Source: Arcobacteraceae bacterium (GTDB lineage: Bacteria > Campylobacterota > Campylobacteria > Campylobacterales > Arcobacteraceae). Taken from it: a stretch of DNA of 37,659 nt. Each line of letters starts with the position of its first letter. The stretch's first letter is position 1. The translations under genes and the position numbers were made by a program. The notes under the pieces are model-generated. The model was not told the origin of the DNA. It did not search any database and saw only the letters and a program-made list of their open reading frames with translations. Positions 17,036 through 26,805 of this stretch are shown in pieces. Location of the stretch: positions 1-37,659 of the forward strand of contig JBAYZM010000001.1 of NCBI GenBank assembly GCA_041672515.1, given 5' to 3'.

Positions 17036-17938
17036 TGTAAATGCTTATGAAATAGCATTCTTTTTAGATGAAGAATTAATAGGTGAAAATATTACTATAG
17101 AACAAATTACTTCAATTGATGAAATAAAGCCAAATACGCTTACTTTTATTTCTAAATTTGGTTACAAAGATGAAATTTCTAAACAAGCATTGATAATAGT
17201 AGAAAAGCAATTTGAAATAAAGAAGAATTCAAGAAATAGCTATATCAAAGTCGATAATCCAAGATTAGCATTTGCAAAAGTAATAGAAAAGTTTTTTTAT
17301 AAAAAAAAGCATTCTTCTATATCTAAAAGTGCTATTGTTTCAGAACATGCTATATTAGGAAAGAATGTGTATATAGGCGAAAACGTGGTAATTGAAAATG
17401 GATGTGTGATTGGTGATAATACATTCATAGAACATAATGTAGTTATTTTAAAGAATTGTTTTATTGGTGCAAATTGTAAAATTAATCCTGGCGTAATCAT
17501 TGGTGATGATGGGTTAGGAGTCTGAAAGATGAAAATAAAAATTTGACTATGCTAAGACATCTTGGCAAAGTAATTATAGAAGACTTTATTGAAATTGGAG
17601 CAAATTCAACTATTGCTCGTGGCACATTAAATGATACAATTATTAAGAAATATACAAAAATAGGACCACAAGTAAATATTGGACATAATACTTTTATAGA
17701 TGAAAACTGTGAGATAGCAGGAAGAACTCATACGAGTGGAAGTGTAAAAATAGGTAAAAATTGTTTTATAGGTGCAAATTGTTCAATAAAAAATGGTATT
17801 AAAATTGGTAACAATTGCACTGTAGGAATTGGTGCAATTGTTACGAAAGATATAGCTGACCATGTTAGTGTTATGGGACTAGAAGCTTTACCCTTAAGAA
17901 AATTAGTTAAGTTTAAAAACGAACAGGATTATAAATGA
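17028..17938 (+). pseudogene. LpxD-like hexapeptide N-acyltransferase split by a 1-nt frameshift at about 17519
   Basis: 5' part has VDNPRLAF, hexapeptide repeats and IGDDGLG; 3' part has HLGKVII, EIGANSTIARG, IGHN. Restoring one base (GGAGT to GGAAGT) gives continuous GDDGLGSLKDENKNLTMLRHLG. Confidence 0.8.
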
Positions 17939-17959
17939 TATATAATAGGAGCGAACATA

Positions 17960-18565
17960 ATGCAAAAGTATAGTTTAGAATTTTGCTTTAAAGGTAGTAG
18001 AAACTATGTTCAAGGACCAGATATTTTCGATGCAGTAATTGATAAATTAAAGACACAGTTTAATATGGAAGAATTATCAGAGATTAAATATTCTGCACAT
18101 GAAATGTTGCATACTAATGCCAACATGATTATAATGAAAGATTTCAATAAAGATTATTTTGAAAGGATTAATTCAGTTATAACTTTTAGAAAAGAAAATA
18201 TAAAATATTATATAGTAGTTTCAGAAACAGAAGATAAAATAGGCTGTTCAACTGATTATAGTGAAGAAACTGTAAGATTAAAATCTATTCTTAATGGAAA
18301 TATTATTACTTTTGAAAATGAGTTAGAAGATAGTATTACAGAGATTATTGTTTCTATGAATAAATATTTCTTACAAGAAACTGTAACTAAAAATGGAAAA
18401 TGGATAGTAACAAAATTTGAATATAAAGAGGTTATTAATATGGAGAATATAAAACATAAAGAGTTAAAATTAGAACTGACTAATAACTTTAATAATAAGT
18501 TAACAAAGAGCACTATTTTTGTAAATAGCTGTCCTGTTGGGTATTTATACTTTTCATTAATTTAG
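17960..18565 (+). CDS. Hypothetical protein in the acyl-transfer cassette
   Basis: 201 aa ORF with AGGAG SD; no family recognised with confidence. Confidence 0.7.
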   Translation: MQKYSLEFCFKGSRNYVQGPDIFDAVIDKLKTQFNMEELSEIKYSAHEMLHTNANMIIMKDFNKDYFERINSVITFRKENIKYYIVVSETEDKIGCSTDYSEETVRLKSILNGNIITFENELEDSITEIIVSMNKYFLQETVTKNGKWIVTKFEYKEVINMENIKHKELKLELTNNFNNKLTKSTIFVNSCPVGYLYFSLI

Positions 18566-18573
18566 GAAGAAAA

Positions 18574-19512
18574 ATGTTAGCAATACAAGAGATAGCAAAC
18601 TATATACCAAATAGTAAAATTTCAAACTATGATAAAAAAGAGCAGTTTGAATTGGATGATGATTTTATTGAAAATAAGATAGGTGTAAAATGCCATTCAA
18701 TCAAAGAAAAAAGTGAAAAGTCATCAGATTTATGTGTCAAAGCATTTGAACAATTATTATTCAAAAAGGAGATAAGCAAATCGAAAATTGATTGTTGTGT
18801 TGTTGTAACACAAAATCCTGATTATAATATTCCACATACATCAGCAATTGTCCATGGTAAACTTGAGTTCCCTCCCGAGTGTGCTTGTTTTGATATATCG
18901 CTAGGATGCAGTGGATATGTTTATGGTTTGTCAAATATTATCTCTTTTATGAAATATAATGGCTTAAAAAACGGCTTACTTTTTACAGCGGACCCGTATA
19001 GTGAAATAGTAGATTCTAATGATAAAAATACAGCTTTAATTTTTGGAGATGCTGCGACGGTCACGTACATAACTGAAAATGGAACTTACTTACCCAAAGA
19101 TTTTATTTTTGGGACAAATGGGAAAGATTATAAAGAACTTTTATGTGAAGATAAACTTTACATGAATGGTAGAGCTGTATTTAATTTTACTGCTACAACG
19201 ATTCCAAAGCATATTCAGTTACTTTTAGAAAAGAATTGTTTAGAAGATAACGATATAGATAGATACATACTACATCAAGGAAGCAAATATATTGTAGATA
19301 CTATAAGAAAGCGATTAAAAATTGATGAAGGAAAGGTACCGTTTGATATGTATGAATATGGAAATACAGTTTCATCATCTATTCCAATTATTTTGGAAAA
19401 AGAAATACAAAATAGTGATAACAAACGATTGGTTATTTCAGGTTTTGGAGTAGGACTGTCTTGGGGTAGTGCTATAATAGAGAAATTAAATTTAAATGAG
19501 GAAAAAAAATGA
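18574..19512 (+). CDS. Ketoacyl-ACP synthase III (FabH-like)
   Basis: FDISLGCSGYVYGL, FGDAA, MNGRAVF, HQGS, GNTVSSSIP, GFGVGLSW (Cys-His-Asn triad). Confidence 0.9.
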   Translation: MLAIQEIANYIPNSKISNYDKKEQFELDDDFIENKIGVKCHSIKEKSEKSSDLCVKAFEQLLFKKEISKSKIDCCVVVTQNPDYNIPHTSAIVHGKLEFPPECACFDISLGCSGYVYGLSNIISFMKYNGLKNGLLFTADPYSEIVDSNDKNTALIFGDAATVTYITENGTYLPKDFIFGTNGKDYKELLCEDKLYMNGRAVFNFTATTIPKHIQLLLEKNCLEDNDIDRYILHQGSKYIVDTIRKRLKIDEGKVPFDMYEYGNTVSSSIPIILEKEIQNSDNKRLVISGFGVGLSWGSAIIEKLNLNEEKK

Positions 19513-19745
19513 AAGCAACATTAGCAAATGTCAAAGAAGTGATTAAAGAAGCTGAGGTACTAGGTAATGAAAATGAGATAAAAAATGATGTTGCATTGAG
19601 TGAACAAGGTATAGATTCACTGGATGTAGTCAATGTATATTTGCTTTTAGAAGAGAAGTTTAATATCAAAATACCTGATGAAGACTTGAATCAAGTTCAA
19701 ACCATTGATTCAATTGTAGAGTATATTAATAACAAGCTTAGCTAA
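19509..19745 (+). CDS. Acyl carrier protein
   Basis: 78 aa acidic protein with the GIDSLD phosphopantetheine motif. Confidence 0.9.
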   Translation: MKATLANVKEVIKEAEVLGNENEIKNDVALSEQGIDSLDVVNVYLLLEEKFNIKIPDEDLNQVQTIDSIVEYINNKLS

Positions 19746-19746
19746 T

Positions 19747-20376
19747 ATGTTACAAAAAGAGCAAGAAGTTATAGAGCTTTTTCAAAAGCTAGAAACTAGT
19801 AATACAGTTATTACTACTTCAGCAGGTAGCACATCTTTAGTTTTAATAGATTTACTTTATCGCTCCAATGTAAAAATACCAGTTGTATTTATTGATACTG
19901 GCTTTTTATTTCAGAAAACGATAGATTTTTTTACGCAAAATAAAGCTAAGTATTTTAATATAGAATTTATTACGCTAATAAGTTCATATAATAGAAGTGA
20001 ATTTTTAGAAAATGGTAAAATTTTGAATACGGAGTATTGTTGTAAAAAAAACAAAGTGGATTTACTCAGAAATTACCTCATTAAAAATAAAATTGAGTAT
20101 TGGATAAGTGGACCTAGGAAAACCCAAACAAATTTGAGAAAAAACCTCTCCTTATACGAAAAAACTAATTTCGGAACTACAAAAGTCTATCCAATGCTTG
20201 AGTGGACTGAAGATGAAATGATGCACTATCTGAAAGAAAAGGAACTTCCCTTAAATCCACTTTATTATGAAGGCTATGAAAGTATAGGCTGTTATCCTTG
20301 TACACAAAAAGGACAAGGCAGGGATGGTAGATGGAACGGTGAAAAAACTGAATGCGGATTACATATTAGGACATAA
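19747..20376 (+). CDS. APS/PAPS reductase family protein (CysH-like)
   Basis: FIDTG, CC pair, GYESIGCYPCT, GRW, C-terminal ECGLH. Confidence 0.85.
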   Translation: MLQKEQEVIELFQKLETSNTVITTSAGSTSLVLIDLLYRSNVKIPVVFIDTGFLFQKTIDFFTQNKAKYFNIEFITLISSYNRSEFLENGKILNTEYCCKKNKVDLLRNYLIKNKIEYWISGPRKTQTNLRKNLSLYEKTNFGTTKVYPMLEWTEDEMMHYLKEKELPLNPLYYEGYESIGCYPCTQKGQGRDGRWNGEKTECGLHIRT

Positions 20377-20475
20377 TAAAGTATCTGAATAGTTGAAACT
20401 TTTTTTGTCCATTCTAAAATTTTTTTAGGTGTAGTAAAAAGTCAAAAGTAATCTTAATATAAAATAAATTTTTAG

Positions 20476-21972
20476 GTGGTAGAAATGGAAGAAGCAACAT
20501 ATTTTTTAATAGGGGCATTTTTAGTTAGAATTGTTATGACATTTTGGAATAATAATCGTCCAACATATTCGTTTACCTCTGATGAAAATGGTCATTTAGC
20601 ACATGAACGGTTATTAGCTCAGAAAAATAATTTGACTCAATATTTAACAAAACATTTATTTAATAGAACATCTATTGGATACCCAAATTTATTCCATCAT
20701 GTTGCAAGAATTTTATTCAAAGAAGATTATGATATTGTTAAAAGAAGATATTTATCTGGATTCTTTTCAGTTTTATTTCCAATTCTATTTTTTTTGATTG
20801 GAATAAATTATTATAATTATGATACTGTTGCTTTTGTGACTATAGCATTACTGTTAAGTTTAGCAACATTTGGTGATTTTATTTCTCAATACAAATCTTA
20901 TACAGGAAGATCTTTAGCAGATTTTATTTTATTATGTGGATATTTTTTTATTGTGTTATATGTTCAAACAAATGATATTATATATTATCTCTTAGCAATA
21001 TTTTTCTTTTCTTTAGTATGGTTTTCAAGTGAATTTGGTATACAATCAATTGTCTTAACATCAATACTTTGGAGTACATTTAGTAAAAATACTGTACCTC
21101 TAGAAATTTTAATATTGTCAGTTCTTGTAGCGACTATAATTTCTAAAGAAAAAGTTCAAAGTAATGTTGGACATAAAATCTTTCATTGGATATGGTATTT
21201 CCGGAATCAAGCATTTTTACATGAAAAAATTAAACTTGATTTGAAAAGTTTAATAGGAATCTATAAAGCAATAAATTCCAATGTATTTTTAGGTAAGTTT
21301 TTACAATACATACCATTTGTCTTTTTATTTGTATATATTGCTGTGAGTACTTATGATAAAAATAGTTTTTTAAGTTCACTTATAGTTTCTACTTTTATTA
21401 TTGCTTTGTTATCTACAAATAAATTCTTTTCTTTTTTGGGGCCAGGGTTTAGGTATATGTTATATGTAATTCCTTTTATGTGGATTTTATTGTATGAAAC
21501 TTATCAAAATTTATCATGGTATTTGCTATTGATAGAATCATTATTATCAAGTATTTATGCATTTCTTGTGATTAGAGAATTATATAAAAACAAAAATACC
21601 ATTAATTATTCTGAACTAGACCAAATTTTAGAAAAAATCGACAAGGAAGGCAATATTATTTTAATGACACCAACAATCTTAAATCAATCTTTTTTTTCAA
21701 GAACTAATAATATTCAAGCAAAATATTTCTCAATTTGGGATAATGATTTTAATCCATACTATTTACATTTACACGAAACGTATATGACAAGATATCCATT
21801 TCTAACAAATGACCTTAACAAATTACATGAATTAAAATATGAAGTAGCTGCTAATATATTAGTTATCAATTTAAGTATTACCAAAGGGTATTATTCTGAA
21901 GAGTTTTTAAATGAGATAAGAAGAAAAAATATACTATATATTTCAGATAATTTTTTAGTTGTTGATTTATAA
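20476..21972 (+). CDS. Polytopic membrane protein, possibly a GT-C-like transferase
   Basis: Many hydrophobic segments, early SDE then GYP motif, late RY motif, soluble C-terminus; start GTG 20476 or ATG 20485. Confidence 0.55.
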   Translation: MVEMEEATYFLIGAFLVRIVMTFWNNNRPTYSFTSDENGHLAHERLLAQKNNLTQYLTKHLFNRTSIGYPNLFHHVARILFKEDYDIVKRRYLSGFFSVLFPILFFLIGINYYNYDTVAFVTIALLLSLATFGDFISQYKSYTGRSLADFILLCGYFFIVLYVQTNDIIYYLLAIFFFSLVWFSSEFGIQSIVLTSILWSTFSKNTVPLEILILSVLVATIISKEKVQSNVGHKIFHWIWYFRNQAFLHEKIKLDLKSLIGIYKAINSNVFLGKFLQYIPFVFLFVYIAVSTYDKNSFLSSLIVSTFIIALLSTNKFFSFLGPGFRYMLYVIPFMWILLYETYQNLSWYLLLIESLLSSIYAFLVIRELYKNKNTINYSELDQILEKIDKEGNIILMTPTILNQSFFSRTNNIQAKYFSIWDNDFNPYYLHLHETYMTRYPFLTNDLNKLHELKYEVAANILVINLSITKGYYSEEFLNEIRRKNILYISDNFLVVDL

Positions 21973-21983
21973 AAGGAAATAAT

Positions 21984-23054
21984 ATGAAGATATTAACTAT
22001 TTTAGGGGCTAGACCACAGTTTATAAAAGCAGGAAGTATAAGTAGAAAGATAATGGAAATTTCCCAAATTGAAGAAATAATTATACATACGGGACAACAT
22101 TATGATAGCAATATGAGTGATATATTTTTTGAACAAATGAAAATACCGAAACCTAATTATTATTTAGGGATAGGAGGAAAGAGTCATGGTGCTATGACAG
22201 GACAAATGATTGAAAAAATTGAAGAAATTGCATTAAAGGAAAAACCTGACTTTATTCTCGTATATGGAGATACTAATTCTACACTTGCGGGAGCATTAGT
22301 ATCAAGTAAATTACATATCAAATTAATTCACATTGAAGCGGGACTTAGAAGTAATAATATGAAAATGCCTGAAGAAATCAATAGAATACTTACAGATAGG
22401 GTAAGTACAATACTTTTTTGTCCAACTGATATTGCAGTTCAAAATTTGAAAAAAGAGGGGTTTGATAATTTTGATTGTTATATTGTAAAAAGTGGTGATG
22501 TTATGCAGGATAGTGCTCAGTTTTATAAACAGTTTGCAGTAAAGCCAAAATTAGATATTAAAGATGATTTTGTGCTTTCTACAATTCATAGAGCTGAAAA
22601 TACAGATGACATAAGTAGATTGAATTCAATTGTAAGTGCACTTAATCAAATAAATAAAGTTAAACAAGTTATTATCCCTTTACATCCTAGAACAAAGAAT
22701 TTATTAAAACAAAATAATATAAAAATAGAGTGTACAGTTATAGAACCTGTAGGTTATCTTGAAATGGTTTGGCTGATAGACCATTCAAAGTTGGTTATGA
22801 CAGATAGCGGTGGTTTACAAAAAGAGGCATACTTTTTTTCAAAACCTTGTATTACCTTCCGTGATGAAACTGAGTGGATGGAATTAGTAAATAACTCTTT
22901 TAATATATTAGTAGGTGCAAATAAAGACGAAATAGTAAATGCTTTTTATAATAAAAAGTTCAATACAAACTACAGTATAAATTTATATGGCAATGGCAAT
23001 GCATCAGAAAAGATAATTGATTATATAATTGGTTTTATGAATGACAAAAACTAA
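21984..23054 (+). CDS. Non-hydrolysing UDP-GlcNAc-type 2-epimerase (WbpI/WecB-like)
   Basis: GARPQFIK, HTGQHYD, GDTNSTLAG, HIEAGLRS, MPEEINR, TDSGGLQKEA, RDETEW. Confidence 0.92.
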   Translation: MKILTILGARPQFIKAGSISRKIMEISQIEEIIIHTGQHYDSNMSDIFFEQMKIPKPNYYLGIGGKSHGAMTGQMIEKIEEIALKEKPDFILVYGDTNSTLAGALVSSKLHIKLIHIEAGLRSNNMKMPEEINRILTDRVSTILFCPTDIAVQNLKKEGFDNFDCYIVKSGDVMQDSAQFYKQFAVKPKLDIKDDFVLSTIHRAENTDDISRLNSIVSALNQINKVKQVIIPLHPRTKNLLKQNNIKIECTVIEPVGYLEMVWLIDHSKLVMTDSGGLQKEAYFFSKPCITFRDETEWMELVNNSFNILVGANKDEIVNAFYNKKFNTNYSINLYGNGNASEKIIDYIIGFMNDKN

Positions 23055-24312
23055 ATCAAAAAAAGAATTTACACGAAATGTGTTAACTTTATTGACCGGA
23101 ACTACAATTGCACAAGCAATACCAATCGCAGTAAGTCCAATTTTAACAAGAATTTATACACCAGAAGATTTTGGTGTACTTGCACTTTTTTTAAGTATCA
23201 CTTTTATTATTTCTTCAATAGTATCTGGAGCATATGAATATGCAATAATGCTTCCAAAAAATGAAAAAGATGCTATTAATATTTTTGTGTTAGGTTTGAT
23301 TATTGTTATTATCACAACATGCTTTTTTACTGTTGTTATATTATTGTTTAAGGATAATATTATTCAGATTATAGGTAATGAAGAATTATCCCTGTGGCTT
23401 TATTTTGTTCCTATATCTGTTTTCTTTGTTGGAATTTTTAATCTTTTAAATTATTATAATAATAGATTAAAGAATTATAGAGCTATAGCAGAATCAACAA
23501 TTATAAAATCATTTGTAATGGTTTTTATACAATTGCTAGTAGGAATTACAAAGAGTGGAGCAGTAGGGCTCATAAGTGGGCATCTTATTTCACAAGTTGT
23601 ATCAAATATCAAGCTACTAAAAGGTATATTTAAAGATAAAATGCTTATATGCCAAATTAAAAGACTTAAAATTATTGCATTGGCAAAAAGATATAAAAAT
23701 TTCCCAAAATTTTCTATGATGGCATTGTTTGCAAACAGTTTGTCAAACAATTTAGTACAAGTATTTATTACTTCATTATATAATACGGCTACCCTTGGAT
23801 TTTATTTTCTTGTGCAAAGAGTATTAGGAATACCATCAATTTTAATAGGAAATGCCATAGGACAAGTGTTTTTACAAGAGGCTATTAAAGAAAAACAGCA
23901 AACATCGAAAACAATAAATGCTTTTAATATGGCTTTTGTAAAGTTAGCAATCATAGCTTGTTTGACTTTTGGAATATTATTCTTTTATGTGGATGAGTTA
24001 TTTGCAATAGTATTTGGAAAAGATTGGGAAATAGCAGGAAAGTATGCACAAATTTTAATTCCATTATTTTTTTTTAAATTTATAAGTTCGTCATTAAGTG
24101 TAGTATTGATTGTTTTTGAAAAACAAAAAATTGAGTTATTAATTAATGTTATTTTAATTTTTATTAGTGTTCTTGCAATTTTTATAAGTTATAGTATAGA
24201 AAATTTTTTATACATACTATCTTATTCATTATCCATATGTTATATTGTTTTTCTAATTTATTATTATAATTTAGCATTAAAGGGAGGAAAAAGTGTTAAA
24301 AAAAGTTATTAA
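23041..24312 (+). CDS. wzx: Wzx-type oligosaccharide flippase
   Basis: GTTIAQAI...SPILTRIYTPEDFG, FGKDWEIAG; many hydrophobic segments. Confidence 0.85.
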   Translation: MTKTKSKKEFTRNVLTLLTGTTIAQAIPIAVSPILTRIYTPEDFGVLALFLSITFIISSIVSGAYEYAIMLPKNEKDAINIFVLGLIIVIITTCFFTVVILLFKDNIIQIIGNEELSLWLYFVPISVFFVGIFNLLNYYNNRLKNYRAIAESTIIKSFVMVFIQLLVGITKSGAVGLISGHLISQVVSNIKLLKGIFKDKMLICQIKRLKIIALAKRYKNFPKFSMMALFANSLSNNLVQVFITSLYNTATLGFYFLVQRVLGIPSILIGNAIGQVFLQEAIKEKQQTSKTINAFNMAFVKLAIIACLTFGILFFYVDELFAIVFGKDWEIAGKYAQILIPLFFFKFISSSLSVVLIVFEKQKIELLINVILIFISVLAIFISYSIENFLYILSYSLSICYIVFLIYYYNLALKGGKSVKKSY

Positions 24313-24910
24313 GTTCTTTTATATGCAAATGTTAAGAATTATATGTAAGAATTGTTATGAGACAAGAAAAACGCAAACACCAATATTACTGAGACATATT
24401 TTAAAACAAAAAGTATTTGGATATAATCGTAACGTATACTGGCCCGTTCATTTTACAAGTATTGTTACTCATCCTCAAAATATCTGTATAGGGATAGATA
24501 CTTCCCCTGGATATATGCCGGGGTGTTATATTCAAGGAAATGGAAAAGTATTTATTGGAGATTATACTCAAATATCTGCAAATGTTGGAATTATTAGCTC
24601 AAACCATAATCTTTATGATACAAGAAAGCATAATGTATCTCAAGTAATAATAGGAAAATATTGTTGGTTGGGTATGAATACAATGATTTTGCCGGGAGTA
24701 GAATTAGGAGATTTTACTATTGTAGGGGCAGGAAGTGTAGTTTCAAAATCATTTTCAGATGGGTATTGTGTAATTGCTGGAAATCCAGCAAAGATTATTA
24801 AAACCCTGGATAAAAATGAATGTATAATGTTTGAAAATAATTATAAATATAATGGATTTGTTAAGAATAGTAATTTTGATAATTTTCGAAAAAAAAACCT
24901 AAATGTATAA
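24293..24910 (+). CDS. Hexapeptide-repeat acyltransferase
   Basis: IGKYCWLG, ILPGVELG, VGAGSVV, IAGNPAKIIK. Confidence 0.85.
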   Translation: MLKKVIKFFYMQMLRIICKNCYETRKTQTPILLRHILKQKVFGYNRNVYWPVHFTSIVTHPQNICIGIDTSPGYMPGCYIQGNGKVFIGDYTQISANVGIISSNHNLYDTRKHNVSQVIIGKYCWLGMNTMILPGVELGDFTIVGAGSVVSKSFSDGYCVIAGNPAKIIKTLDKNECIMFENNYKYNGFVKNSNFDNFRKKNLNV

Positions 24911-24928
24911 CTACATTGGAGTAATAAA

Positions 24929-25693
24929 ATGTTAAGAACAAGAGTTATACCTACATTATTAATAAAAGATAGAGGACTTTATAAAGGTGTTAAGTTTAAA
25001 AATCATAAATATGTAGGGGACCCTATTAATACTGTAAAAATATTTAATGAAAAAGAAGTTGATGAAATTGTATTACTTGATATTGAGGCTTCTAAAAAAA
25101 ACAAAATGATTGACTTTGAAATGATAGCAGAAATTGCTACTGAAGCTTTTATTCCTTTAGCATATGGTGGAGGTATTAGAACATTTGAAGATGCTAAAAA
25201 ACTTTTTAGTTTAGGTATTGAAAAAGTTATTTTAAATACAGCTGCCATTGAAAATGAAGAATTAATGAGAGAATTAATTGTTTATTTTGGTTCACAAAGT
25301 ATTGTTCTTTCATTGGATATTAAAAAAAGTTTTTTTGGGAAATACAGTTTATATACTAAAAGTGGAACTCAAAAAACAAAGCAAGATCCAATAACTTTTG
25401 CATTAAAAATGGAAAAAATAGGAGTCGGGGAGATTATAGTAAATTCAATTGATAATGATGGGAAAGGGGAAGGCTATGATAAAGATTTTTTAAGTATAAT
25501 ATCAAAAAAATTAACTATTCCTATAGTGGCAAGTGGTGGTGCGGGAACAATAGTAGATTTTAAAGAGGCAGTTGATTCAGGTGCTGATGCAGTTGCAGCA
25601 GGCTCTATGTTTGTGTATCATGGTCCACATAAAGCAGTATTAATATCATATCCTAGGTATGAAACACTAATAAAATTATTTAATAAGGATTAA
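24929..25693 (+). CDS. HisF-like protein (WbuZ/AglZ-type), copy 2
   Basis: RTRVIPTLL, YVGDPINTVKIFNEKEVDE, PLAYGGG, AAGSMFVYHGPHKAVLISYP. Confidence 0.9.
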   Translation: MLRTRVIPTLLIKDRGLYKGVKFKNHKYVGDPINTVKIFNEKEVDEIVLLDIEASKKNKMIDFEMIAEIATEAFIPLAYGGGIRTFEDAKKLFSLGIEKVILNTAAIENEELMRELIVYFGSQSIVLSLDIKKSFFGKYSLYTKSGTQKTKQDPITFALKMEKIGVGEIIVNSIDNDGKGEGYDKDFLSIISKKLTIPIVASGGAGTIVDFKEAVDSGADAVAAGSMFVYHGPHKAVLISYPRYETLIKLFNKD

Positions 25694-25695
25694 AT

Positions 25696-26805
25696 TTGAA
25701 ATACCAGCAATGTAATAGATGCCTAATGGATACCACGGCAGAAGATATAATATTTGATGAACATGGTAATTGTAATTTTTGTGAAGATTTTATTAAAAAG
25801 TTAAAGAATCCTATTAAAAAAGTTAATTTAAATTTAGAGGAATTTGTTCAAAAAATTAAAGAAGATGGGAAGGGAAAAAATTACGATTGTATTGTTGGTG
25901 TAAGTGGTGGAGTGGATAGTTCTTATACATTAGTAAAAGTAAAAGAGTTAGGGCTACGTCCTTTAGCTGTACATATGGATAATGGTTGGAATAGTGAATT
26001 AGCAGTAAGTAATATCAAAAATCTTATAGAAAAGCTTGATGTTGAACTTTATACCCATGTAATTGATTGGTCTGAATACAGACAATTAATGCAATCATTT
26101 TTTGATGCAGATGTAATTGATGTTGAATTACTTTATGATAATGCAATGTTGGCTGTTAATTATAAATTAGCTAATAGATATGGAGTGAAATATATTTTGT
26201 CTGGTTCAAATATTGCTACTGAAGGAATGAAAATACCAAATAATTGGAACTGGTTTAAATTTGATAAGAAAAACATAAAGGAATTAAGTAAAAAAGGGAA
26301 TGTAAAACTAAAAACTTTTCCAAGTTTCGGTACATTAGATTTTGTTTATCATGAGTTTTTAAGAAAAATAAAGTGGATTGGTTTTTTAGATTATTTACCT
26401 GACTATAATAAATTTGAAGTATTAGAAGTATTAGAAAAAGAGTTTCATTATAAACCTTATCCATATAAGCATTATGAGTCTGTTTTTACACGGTTTTATC
26501 AAGGATATATTTTACCAAAAAAATTTAATGTTGATAAAAGAAAAATTCATTTATCAACACTAATTATTTCAGAACAAATAACAAGAAATGAGGCATTTAA
26601 GCAGTTAGAAGGAATACCATATCCAAGTGAATCGGCTCAAAATGAAGATATCGAATTTTTCTTAAAAAAGATGTTATGGAAAAAAAAAGATTTAGAAATA
26701 TATCTTACTAGAGAAGAAAAATTACATAGTGTTTATGGTAGTGAAAAAAAATTATGGGATATGCTTTTGAATATATATAAAAAATACCGAATTAAGAAAG
26801 ACTAA
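25696..26805 (+). CDS. N-acetyl sugar amidotransferase (WbpG/WbuX-like), copy 2
   Basis: CxRCLMD...CNFC, YDCIVGVSGGVDSS, HMDNGWNSELA, KHYES; TTG start. Confidence 0.88.
   Translation: MKYQQCNRCLMDTTAEDIIFDEHGNCNFCEDFIKKLKNPIKKVNLNLEEFVQKIKEDGKGKNYDCIVGVSGGVDSSYTLVKVKELGLRPLAVHMDNGWNSELAVSNIKNLIEKLDVELYTHVIDWSEYRQLMQSFFDADVIDVELLYDNAMLAVNYKLANRYGVKYILSGSNIATEGMKIPNNWNWFKFDKKNIKELSKKGNVKLKTFPSFGTLDFVYHEFLRKIKWIGFLDYLPDYNKFEVLEVLEKEFHYKPYPYKHYESVFTRFYQGYILPKKFNVDKRKIHLSTLIISEQITRNEAFKQLEGIPYPSESAQNEDIEFFLKKMLWKKKDLEIYLTREEKLHSVYGSEKKLWDMLLNIYKKYRIKKD

Noticed and set aside
20377-20475. Terminator or small RNA in the roughly 100-nt intergenic gap
   Set aside because: T-rich but no convincing GC stem; it may hold an internal promoter, which I cannot support from sequence.
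24067-26688. Homopolymer phase-variation tracts (T9 near 24067, A9 near 24889 and 26680)
   Set aside because: A/T runs of this length are expected in such AT-rich DNA; no long poly-G/C tract seen (longest noticed is G6 near 37006).
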